From IMG/VR virus record IMGVR_UViG_3300042876_000902, positions 17,969 through 81,968 of that record: a stretch of 64,000 nucleotides of DNA; one strand, 5' to 3'. The position numbers were made by a program, and so were the translations under genes. Positions within the stretch are counted from its first letter, which is position 1; the number at the start of each line of letters is the position of its first letter. This document shows positions 37,915 to 47,148 of the stretch, one piece after another. The notes beneath the pieces were generated by a model that was not told the origin of the DNA, made no database searches, and worked only from the letters and a program-made list of their open reading frames with translations. The DNA comes from a virus.

Positions 37915-38328
37915 CTAGTCCTCCATCCTGAGCACTCGGACCCTGGCACCTTTGTCGACCGTCACCTGCCACGCCTCCGTGGGCTTCGACCCGAACACCA
38001 CCATCTTGTTCGGAGGGAAGTGGCTGATGAGCGTGACTTCACCGCCGCCCACGGCCAGGTCGTTCACCTCCAGCCACCCGACCGACGTCAGCACGTGGTC
38101 TCCGATGCGGACGAGGTTCACCGAGGCGTGTTGGATGAACGACAGCCCGGCGACGCTGTAGTTCTCGCACTCGGCGAGCAGCTCGTCCTCCGTGAGGTTC
38201 TCGACGCCGCGGTACGTCCGGCCGCTCCGGATGATCTCTTCGAGCACACCCTCCTCGTTCGCCTCGTCCTTCATCGCGTCGATGAGCAAGTCCTCGAGCA
38301 CCTTCCTCACCTTCTTGTTGATCGCCAT
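37915..38328 (-). CDS. Hypothetical protein
   Basis: ORF with RBS. Confidence 0.55.
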   Translation of the reverse strand: MAINKKVRKVLEDLLIDAMKDEANEEGVLEEIIRSGRTYRGVENLTEDELLAECENYSVAGLSFIQHASVNLVRIGDHVLTSVGWLEVNDLAVGGGEVTLISHFPPNKMVVFGSKPTEAWQVTVDKGARVRVLRMED

Positions 38329-38339
38329 CGTCGTCGTCC

Positions 38340-38570
38340 TCAGCTTGCCTTGAACAGCGTCCACTCACCGTCGGTGCACCGCCAGTACCACGTCTCCAAG
38401 CTGTAGCCTCCGCGACCGCCGATGCGAACGAGGTCACCCTCATTCGTGGTCGTGCACTCGACCGTCGGCATCGACCCGACCGGCTCCGGCTTCGGCGCCG
38501 ACGTCGACGCGGCGGGCGTCGACCCGCCGCACGCGCTCAGTAGCACCGCGAACATCGTCATCCTGACCAT
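38340..38570 (-). CDS. Small lipoprotein
   Basis: Signal peptide with lipobox LSA-C (MVRMTMFAVLLSACGG). Confidence 0.6.
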   Translation of the reverse strand: MVRMTMFAVLLSACGGSTPAASTSAPKPEPVGSMPTVECTTTNEGDLVRIGGRGGYSLETWYWRCTDGEWTLFKAS

Positions 38571-38571
38571 G

Positions 38572-41500
38572 CTACCTCCCCTCCTTGCGAGACCGCTTCG
38601 CGGCCGTGAGCTTCACCCCGGCGCCGTCCTCGCACCGGAAGATCTTGCGCCGGTCGTCCTTCTCGTTGAGGTCCCAGAGCGTGTACTTGTAGAAGTACCG
38701 GCGCTTCGCCCGCGGGTCGTTCGGTGCCGCATCCCAGACCTTCAGCTGGAAATCGACGACCTCGCAGAGGTGCCCGTCATGGCGGCGGAGCCGCTTCGTC
38801 ATCAGGTCGCCGGTCACCTTCACCCGGACGACCGTCCCCATCGAGTGGGTCTCCTTCTGCGGCCCGCGCCTCCGCGCCTCCTTCACCGCCCTCGGCTGCT
38901 TCATCCGACACCTCCAGTCAACCTCTTGCCGCCGCCGATAGGCGGCGAGCGAGACCACCGGGCACGGCGTCTCGTAGTGGATGAACTTCGTGAACGTCGG
39001 CTCCGCCTTCGGCATCTCGATGATCTGGGCCGTCATGCTCAGACCCTCCTCTGTCGGGTTCACCTGCAGCTCTCCTTCGTCCGCTCCGAGTGGATGGCTG
39101 CGCCGCCAGGTCCACACCGACACCCGGGGAGCGGCTTCCACTCGGCCACCCGAGCGTCGCGGGCGGCGGCCTCGATGTCCTCGGGCAGCGCGTTGTGCGG
39201 AAGGGCCTCGCTCTTCGACCCGAGGAACATCTCGGGGTCCCCGAGCGTCGCGCGCATCCTCGTCACCGGGTCGGCGACCTTGCACTTACCGCGGTGCCCG
39301 TCCTCGAGCACGCAGAGGATCGAGCACCGGTCCCCCTTCGCGAGCCGGGCCGAGGCGCGGTCGGCGTTCGTCAGCTTGGCCACCTTCCGGGCCTTCGCCT
39401 CCCGGGTCGGCTTCACGGACGCGAGCCCGCAGTCACACCGGCCACCGATCTTCGACAGGCACCAAGCGTGGTGCCGGAGCTTAGCAGCCATAGCGCCGCT
39501 CCGACTCGCAGCGGGAGGCGAACTCCGCATCGGCACGCGCCGCGCGGTCGATCCGCTTGAGCAGCCTGGCCCGGCTCTTCCCGGCGACGCTCCGCCCGAG
39601 GCGGCGCCGCGGGCGGTCCTTCATCTCCTCCCGGTCGAGCACGGCGACGACCCGGTCGCCCTCGCACTCCGGGCACCGGACGTCGTACATCCCGCCGCGC
39701 TTGAAGTAGTGCTCGCGCTCCTCCGAGCCCGGCTCGAAGGCCTCGTCGAACTCCTCAGCGCTGTAGGCGTGCTCGCCGATGCTCGGGTTGAGGATCGTCC
39801 CCTCTCCCTCGCAGCGGTGGCAGACCTCGCGCTTCGCGGGGAGCTTCAGCGTCCGGAGGACTCCGGCATCGTTCTCGATGTTGACGGCGACTTGGATGGT
39901 CATGTCACTCCTCCTTGATATACCGTACCTTCGCCAGGTTCCACGCTTCGTTCCACAGCTCCGCGTCCGCCTCCTCCACCGGGCGGGCGTGCCTGCGGAG
40001 GACGATGGTGAACGCCTCGTCCATCGCCATGTTGGCGTCGCAGAAGTCGTGCGAGTGGCAGACGTTGGGGTCGGGCTCCGCTGCGTTCCGCCTCGCGACC
40101 GCCTTCCACTCGGCGTCGGTCAGCCACTCCTTGAGCACTCCGGCGAACGCAGCAGCGAGCCGCTCGACGGTGGTCATGCCCCTAACCACCATTCCGCATC
40201 GAGCCTTCGGCGAAGTCGATGAGCAGCCTGGCGAGGCTGAGCGCGCCCTTCGGGTCGAGCGGGACCGTCCCGAGGTGACGCTCGTCGAACCGCTTGTCGG
40301 TCCCGAGGTCGTGGATACGCCCGGCCGGGTCCTCGATCCGCTGCGCGAGGACCAGCTCGACCACGTTGCGCTTGCCGGACGGGTAGTGGAGCTGCCAGAT
40401 CGTGTTCGTCTTCGTCGTCTTCATCGTCGTTCTCCTTGTGACTACGTCGTCCAATACCACGACCGCTCGCCCCGCGCCCTGCGCAGCTGCCCCTCCGCCC
40501 GCCGCGACGAGATGCGGTCACGGACCGTCCCCGCGTCCGCCTTCCCCGACTGCCGGAGGTCGATGAACTTCTGGAGCATCTTCGCCCGGCGCTTCGTCAC
40601 GTACACCCGGACCGTCCGGAGGACGTGGGGCCCGGCGCCGACGCGGCAGAGGTGCCCGTCGAGCGTGACCGCGTACGTCCTCGCGGCGTACCCGTGCCTG
40701 CGGCTCGCCGCGATGAGGAGCGTCGGGATCACCCACCCGAGCCGGTCGCAGTACCACAGGTCGAACTGCGCGGTGCACGGGTACTTCATCTTGAGGTCGC
40801 TCTCGAGCACGCCATCCGGCAGCGCGGGCTTCGTCGTCGTCTTCGTTGTCATCTTCGTCTCCTCAGCGCGGCCTACGACGCCGCGCGCTCCGCCTTCGGG
40901 TTGTCGATGTACTGGAACGTCACGTCGGTCGGCTTGAGGCAGCAGTTCACCCCGACGAAGATCACCTTCGAGTAGTTCCACATCCTGGCGTGCCGCTCGA
41001 AGACCGCCACCGTCTTGAAGTAGCCCCACTTCCCGCAGCGTTCGCATTTGCTCGGCATGACATCCTCCTACGGGTTCGGGTCCCAGCCTGCGGCGCGCTC
41101 CGAGGCTCGCACGTCCTCGTCGAGCCTCGGCGCCGGGTCGACGGCGCAGGCGCCGACGATGCCCGGGATCTCGTGATGATTGTGCCCGCAGCCGCAGTGG
41201 TCCAGCTCGCAGTCGTTCGGCCGACGGCAGCGGAGCTTCCTCGCGTCGTGTTTGTTCATCATGACATCCTCCTAGTGAGTCTTCCGGAGCATCTGGCGGA
41301 CCGGCTCCGCGACGACCTCGTAGTTGCGGCCGGGCCTGAGCTCACCGACCACCGACCCGTCGACGATGCCCGCCGTGACCATCCCGGCCAGGAGCTTCAT
41401 CCCGTCGATGCCCTTCTCCTCCACCGCGAGGTAGATGGAAGACGCGACGCAGGGGATCCCGTGCGCGATGCACTCGTCCATCGTGGCGACGACTGCGAGG

Positions 41501-42372
41501 ACGACCGTGCGGAAGTGGTCGCTCTCGGGCCCGCGCTCGACGACAGGCGGGGTCGTCTCACGATAGGTGTCGACCGCGTCCCAGAACAGCCTGCCGTGAC
41601 TGCGGATCAGCTGGGCACCGACCTCGTTGTACGGGACCGTCTGCGGGAACTTCCCGCCGACGATGGTCTGGTGGGCGTACCGGATCTCGGCGAGCGACAC
41701 CTGCTCGGAGCGGTGCTTCCACTCGTGGTCGGCCCGGCGCTCCTCGGCCGTGCGGCCGTCGCCGTCCTTGAAGGTGATGTCGCAGCCCTTCCGGCAGTGG
41801 ACGACGTTCTCGACCACGTGCCACAGCTCGTCGCGCCACTCGATGAGCCCGGCACGCTCCATCTCGCGGAGGCTCGCCCGCGTCCCGGCCTTCGCCTCCT
41901 CGGCGGTCTTCGGCCCGTCGATGAGGCGGCCGTAGACCTTGAACTCTCCGGCCGTCGGCTTCCGGCCCAGCTTCTCGGTGAGCAGCTTCATCATCGCATC
42001 CGTCTTCGTCGTCTTGGCCATCGTCGTCTCCCTCACCTACTTCGTGGTCTCCGCTCCGATCCGCAGCCGGTCGCACGTCGACCGGGTCTCGCGGGCCTTC
42101 GACTCCTCCGCCGTGCGCGCCGGACCCTCCGGGCAGACGCAGTAGGCGTCGGCCCCGCAGTACAAGCACCCGCCGTCGCGCGGGTCCTCGGGCATCGTGA
42201 AGTTCTTGAAGAGCAGCGTCTTGCTGTTGTGAACCAGCTCCGCCGCAGCCTTGAGGCAGGTGGCGCAGACGTTCACGACCTTCGTCGACTCCGTCGCGAA
42301 CTTCACGTCGTGTCTCTTGCAGAGTGCCATGCCGTTGGCCTGGAGGTGCCTCTTCGTCGTCCTCGTCGTCAT
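38572..42372 (-). other. Early block of small hypothetical CDSs (38572-39036, 39060-39491, 39481-39903, 39905-40177, 40182-40424, 40442-40852, 40873-41058, 41068-41262, 41272-42021, 42037-42372)
   Basis: Dense ORFs with strong RBSs; many are Cys-rich. Confidence 0.6.
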
Positions 42373-42399
42373 ATGCAGTCTCTCCGCACGCCGCGCTCG

Positions 42400-43230
42400 C
42401 GCCCGCGACGTATTAGAAGGATCGCGCGATCTATGGATCGCGCGCGCGCGAGACGTCGTCGGACACCCCGAGCCACAACCGCCCGTGGTCGCATCCAGGC
42501 ACCGTCATCGGTGTGGGTCGGGGTGTCCGACGGCGGGGCGAGTCGTTGTCACTCGCCCTTCACCGTCACCGCTTCCAAGGTCACCTTTCGGTTTCCACGC
42601 TCGGCCTCACGTTGACGAGGACTGGGGTCGCACCCGGTGAAGTTCCCGGATCCCAGTGTCGTTAGGGAGGAGTCTCACTCTCCTCCACCGCAACGCTCAG
42701 CTACCGCGCTCCTTGGCCATCGACTTCAGGGACGTCCTCTCACGTTCCGCCGGGACCGACCCGGCCGCCCTCGCGCGTTCCTTTCTTCTCCCGCCCGCCC
42801 GACCGTGTACGTAAGGGCATCGCCGCTGTGGGCTTGACGCTCGGTCGCTCGTGAGTGGGGTGAAGAGGGGCGTGCCTGGTGGGCACGCCGCGCTCGTCGA
42901 AGGACACGTTCTCGCTCGTGCCCGCGCCCCGTGTCGTGGGGAGACGCCGCAGTCCGCGGTATGGCGCCGTACGCTCCGGCGTTCGCCACCCGGCCCCACA
43001 AGCTGGGGTCCACCGGTGGCTATCTCGGGGTTAGTGGCTCGGCGGACGGGAGGGCACTCCATTTCGCGCTCTCTCCCGGGTCCGCAGCGGATGTCTTTCG
43101 CCTCGCACTCGGACCGTACTAGCCACACAGGCTTAAGGTCCCTTCGCATTCCGCACTAGGTGCGGTGAGGTTACTCGGCCGCTTCGCGGTCGCCCCGACC
43201 GGCCCCCCGACCTATCCCGGGACCGGCGAT
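42400..43230 (-). ncRNA. Candidate large structured ncRNA or early leader
   Basis: No convincing ORF; at least 8 hairpins including a 14-bp perfect stem; GNRA loops on the minus strand; promoter-like element upstream. Confidence 0.5.
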
Positions 43231-43233
43231 CCG

Positions 43234-43333
43234 ACTCTAGCGGGATCGTGAGTACACCGGTCAAGTCTTTTTCAGGTTCCCTCGAAGGTACTGCCTCCTT
43301 CGGGGGAGGCGGGCGAGCGCTCCCCCGAAGGAG
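43234..43333 (-). promoter_or_regulatory. Early promoter-like region with paired CTCCTTCGGGGGAG inverted sites
   Basis: A-tract then TTGACC..TAGAGT (19-bp spacer, atypical); 14-bp inverted repeat 43295-43308/43320-43333. Confidence 0.45.
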
Positions 43334-43356
43334 TCATGCGCATCACGCGCGGGCGC

Positions 43357-44160
43357 CTACGCGCGGCGGAGCACCCACGCGCAGTTGCTCGATGCCTGCG
43401 GGTACTTCGGCGCGAGGAAGTTGGCGAGCACCTCCCACGGATACCAGGTCAGCAGCTCCTCCACGAGCTTGCGCTCGTCGGGCGTCATCACCTTCTTCAT
43501 CGCGTTCGCGGTCATGAAGGTGCCGTGGACGCGCTCGACCCGGAGCCCGACCGACTCGATGTAGTATCGCAGCTCGTCGAAGCGGTACTCGTGGATGTGG
43601 TTCGCCGCCATGTGCTTCTCGTTGTAGACGGGCGTCGAGAGGAGCGCCGTGCCGTCCGGCTTCAGCACGCCGCGGATCCCCTGAAGCAGCTTGATGCCGT
43701 CGGTGACCCCCATGTGCTCGATCGCCTCGAAGCAGGTGACGAGGTCGAACGGTCCCGGCGCCCGCGCTGCGCGCTCGGTCCCGTCAGAGAGGAGCGGTTT
43801 CATCAGCTCCTTCCACCGGCTCGTGAAGTCGAACTCGTCAAACACTCGAGTCCACGCGATGCCCGGCTTCTTCGGGATGCGGTCGACGTCGACCCCGACG
43901 TACAGCTCGGGGACCGTCGTCAGCGTGTGGAGCAGCACCTTCGGCATCATGACGTCCGGGCCACAGCCGACGTCGAGGACCCGCATCCCCTGCCGGACGA
44001 AGCGGACCGCGTAACTCCACCGGAACCAGTGGGCGGCGTAGTCCCGGTGGACGTACTTCCCGTGCACCCCGCCCTCGCGGAGCGAGGTGGAGTCGAAGCG
44101 CCGCGCCTCACGCTTCGTCGACGGGTGAGGCTTCGGCGCTGGCCAGCTCTTCTTGCTCAT
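43357..44160 (-). CDS. Class I SAM-dependent methyltransferase
   Basis: H..RW..A..VLDVGCG..FDLVTCFEAIEH..LKPDG..LSTP. Confidence 0.85.
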   Translation of the reverse strand: MSKKSWPAPKPHPSTKREARRFDSTSLREGGVHGKYVHRDYAAHWFRWSYAVRFVRQGMRVLDVGCGPDVMMPKVLLHTLTTVPELYVGVDVDRIPKKPGIAWTRVFDEFDFTSRWKELMKPLLSDGTERAARAPGPFDLVTCFEAIEHMGVTDGIKLLQGIRGVLKPDGTALLSTPVYNEKHMAANHIHEYRFDELRYYIESVGLRVERVHGTFMTANAMKKVMTPDERKLVEELLTWYPWEVLANFLAPKYPQASSNCAWVLRRA

Positions 44161-44750
44161 CGGATCTCTCCCCACTGCTTGGCCATCGCCTTGGCGATGC
44201 CAGGGTACGTGCGGCTCCTCTGCTTCCACCGGTCCGGCGAGGGCGACGCCCACGACCCCGGGCAGGTGGACACCCCTGCGTAGTACGGCCTCTGGAAGCT
44301 CACCTCGACCACCCGGCTCGGCTTCAGGTGCGGGAGGTTCACGAGCCAGAGGCACGTCTTCTTCGTCTCGCCGTGCCCGTGCTGCCACGGCTGGATGACC
44401 TGGTCGGGTGGCCTCACCGCCTTGGAGAGGATGCCGACCGGGTTCTCGAGTGCGATGCGCGGCACCGGGGCGGCGAGCAGCTCCTCCACGAAGGCGATGG
44501 CCTCCTGCTGCTCGCCGCTCCGGCGCTTCGCCGCCCACCACCGCGCCCCGGACGCGGCGAGGTGGGTGCACGGAGGGAACGCGACCATCAGGTCCCACCG
44601 CCCGCGCTTCAGCTGCCGCCGGACGTCCCCGATGATGTGAGGCCCCGGCGCCTCGCTCGGGAGGAGGTCGCAGGAGACGGCCTCGTGCCCGCGGGCGATG
44701 AACGCGTCGCGGACGCGACCGGAGAATTCGCAGGCCACGAGGACGCGCAT
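44157..44750 (-). CDS. Compact phage C5-cytosine methyltransferase-like protein
   Basis: VLVACEFSG, FPPCT, ENPVG, RSRTYPGIA.AMA.QWG. Confidence 0.75.
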   Translation of the reverse strand: MRVLVACEFSGRVRDAFIARGHEAVSCDLLPSEAPGPHIIGDVRRQLKRGRWDLMVAFPPCTHLAASGARWWAAKRRSGEQQEAIAFVEELLAAPVPRIALENPVGILSKAVRPPDQVIQPWQHGHGETKKTCLWLVNLPHLKPSRVVEVSFQRPYYAGVSTCPGSWASPSPDRWKQRSRTYPGIAKAMAKQWGEIR

Positions 44751-45950
44751 CTAGGCCGCCGCGCCCACGTCGACGAGCATCGAGCGCGACGTCGGGCAGA
44801 GGTTGAGGACGTCCCCGTGGCTCACCTTGTGGGTGGCCTTGCGGACCTGGCCGGTGACGTTGCTCGAGAGCGTCTCGCAGACCCAGCGGGCGACCGCGGG
44901 GACCACGCCCTTCGAGAGGTACATCCGGAACTGCCCGTGGGTCGAGCCCGGCCACGCGTAGTCGTCGGGGAAGCCCATGATGCGGTTGTACTCCTCGCGG
45001 ACGAGCGGCCGGTCCGTCCCGCCGATGCTCCACCAGGCCCCGGCGAGGACCGTCGGTGCCATCCCCTCGGGGTCCATGATGCGCAGGACGTTGGTCACGT
45101 ACGGCGCCCGCTCGCAGAGGGCGCGGACGACGGCCGCGGGCGTGCCCTTCTCGAGCTTGATGCCGGTCTTCGACACCCCGCCGCCGATGCTGTCGAGCTT
45201 GCCGGTCCGCTTCAGCTCCTTGTTGATGATGGCGAGCATCGTCCCGTAGCCCTGCTCCCCGAGCATCGCGGCGTCGGCGAACTTCTTGCCGAACTGCGCC
45301 TTGAGCTTCGCCCGCTGACGCTCGAACGCCTCGACGTCGCGCTCGATCGGCGTGCCGCCCTTCTTCATCAGGATGCTGCCGACCGTCGCGAGCTGCGGAC
45401 GGTGGACGACGTGCAGCTCGCGGTTCGGGAGGACGCCCTTGCGGACGAACAGCGCCCAGAAGCGCTGGCGCCACTGCGGGTTGCCGAAGGTGACCGCGTT
45501 CTGCTGGATGCGGAAGAGGTCGTACCCGCGCGCCGCGAACTTGTCGTGGACCGAGCGTGCGCCCTCCAACGCCCCGGGGACCGACTCGACCGCGATGGCG
45601 AGTGCCTTGTTCCCCATCGCGTAGTTGAGCACGTTGATGGTGCAGGCGAAGGCGTCGGAGTCGAGGCCGACCTTGGTCTTGCCGTCGGCCGACTTCTGCC
45701 ACCGCGGCGTCATCAGCGAGAACGCTGAGCACGGCGGATGCGCCATGACGATGCTGTCGCTGAGGTCCAGCTTCTTCGGCCACTGGTCCCTGGTGTCGTG
45801 GTACGTGAGCTTCGGGAAGTTGGCCTTCTGGATGTTGATCCCGAAGGCACTGTCTTCCATCGAGGCGACGATCTCGTGCTTCGCCTGGGTGACGCCCTGC
45901 ACGATGCTGCCCGCGTAACTGTTGATGATGAGAACGCTCGGCTTGCCCAT
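44751..45950 (-). CDS. C5-cytosine DNA methyltransferase with divergent motifs
   Basis: SYAGS (I), HPPCSAFS (IV), ESV (VI), QWRQR (VIII), RE..R.MGFPDDY (IX), KGVVP (X). Confidence 0.8.
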   Translation of the reverse strand: MGKPSVLIINSYAGSIVQGVTQAKHEIVASMEDSAFGINIQKANFPKLTYHDTRDQWPKKLDLSDSIVMAHPPCSAFSLMTPRWQKSADGKTKVGLDSDAFACTINVLNYAMGNKALAIAVESVPGALEGARSVHDKFAARGYDLFRIQQNAVTFGNPQWRQRFWALFVRKGVLPNRELHVVHRPQLATVGSILMKKGGTPIERDVEAFERQRAKLKAQFGKKFADAAMLGEQGYGTMLAIINKELKRTGKLDSIGGGVSKTGIKLEKGTPAAVVRALCERAPYVTNVLRIMDPEGMAPTVLAGAWWSIGGTDRPLVREEYNRIMGFPDDYAWPGSTHGQFRMYLSKGVVPAVARWVCETLSSNVTGQVRKATHKVSHGDVLNLCPTSRSMLVDVGAAA

Positions 45951-45953
45951 GTG

Positions 45954-46563
45954 TCAGACTCCCTCTTGGTCGGGGACCGGCTGGCCGTAGACCTCGCCGG
46001 TCCGTTCGTCACGGAACACCGCGCAGACCATCTCCCGGTCTGCGAACGACTCTCCCTCCCCCGCCTCCATGAACTGCAGGCGGAGGAACTTCGCCCGCCG
46101 GGCCACCTCGGCCCGGACCTTCACCTCCTCCGGCGTGCCCGACTCATCGTGCCGCCGGATCCGGAGCGCGCCGCCGGGGTTCATCGCGTATTCGTCAACC
46201 ATTCGTCCTCCGTCAGATGCTGTGGTCGTAGATGACCTTCACACCGCTGAGGCCCCTGCCGCGGTCGCTCAGCCACCTCTCGGAGACGACCTCGACCGAC
46301 CCGCCGTTGGGCAGCACGACCCGGTGTCGCGTCCGGTCGAACTGGACCGGGCCCCGCGGGGCCGGGCCTTCGGCCACCGGCACGGCCAAGCGGCACAGAT
46401 ACCCGAAGGTCCACTCGCCCAGCTTGTCGGTCTGGACGACCACGAACACCCGGCTGCCGTGCTCGCTCGCCTCCAGCAGCGCCCGCCACAGCGTCCGCGT
46501 CGTCCGGCCGCGGGCTCGGTCATGCGGGAGCTGCGGGTACAGCTTGCTCACGTCAGCCATCAC
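45954..46563 (-). other. Two small hypothetical CDSs (45954-46202, 46213-46563)
   Basis: ORFs with RBSs. Confidence 0.5.
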
Positions 46564-46849
46564 ACACCTCCCCCGTCCCGCCGCATCGCTCGCACGGCAT
46601 CTTCACCGTGCAGAAGCCCTTGGCGACGCGCGTCGTCTTCTCGCCCTTGCACACCGGGCACTCGAGCGGGCCGACCGTCGGCGTCTGGAGCCTGCTCAGC
46701 AGGCGGTCGCGCGCCGCCAGCAGCTCCCGGAAGGCGGCGGGGTCTCCGCCGCGGTCCGGGTGGACGAGGAGGGCGCGCTTGCGGAACGCCCGCTCGATCT
46801 CCCACCGCTCCGCGTCCGTCCGCACGCCGACGATCTGCTCGTCTGTCAC
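46553..46849 (-). CDS. Mini DnaJ: J-domain plus zinc finger
   Basis: AFRKRALLVHPDRGG..F (HPD motif); CPVCKG..CERCGGTG. Confidence 0.8.
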   Translation of the reverse strand: MTDEQIVGVRTDAERWEIERAFRKRALLVHPDRGGDPAAFRELLAARDRLLSRLQTPTVGPLECPVCKGEKTTRVAKGFCTVKMPCERCGGTGEVCDG

Positions 46850-47148
46850 GGCCGCTCTCCCCTCCGGTCGATGTCCTCGATCCATGCGACGGCGACGGCC
46901 GCCACCTGCACCAGCTCCTCGCGCAGGCGACGCCGGTCCGACTCCGAGAAGGCCTCCTTCACCTCCTCGTCGAGGATGTCACGCCACGTCACCTTGCCGC
47001 GCCGGGCCTGCACCTCGGTCCACGACTTCGCCTCGGCGCACTGCCGGTCGGCCAGCTCGCCGCCGGTGCCGTCCGGGTGGGCTTGAACGCCCCACTTCTC
47101 GTCCTGCTGCGCCCGCTCGTCGACCACGTCCTCGAGCACCTTCTTCAC
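46846..47148 (-). CDS. MazG-like nucleotide pyrophosphohydrolase
   Basis: ER.QQDEKWG..EEVKEA..EELVQVAAVAVAWIE. Confidence 0.7.
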   Translation of the reverse strand: MKKVLEDVVDERAQQDEKWGVQAHPDGTGGELADRQCAEAKSWTEVQARRGKVTWRDILDEEVKEAFSESDRRRLREELVQVAAVAVAWIEDIDRRGERP

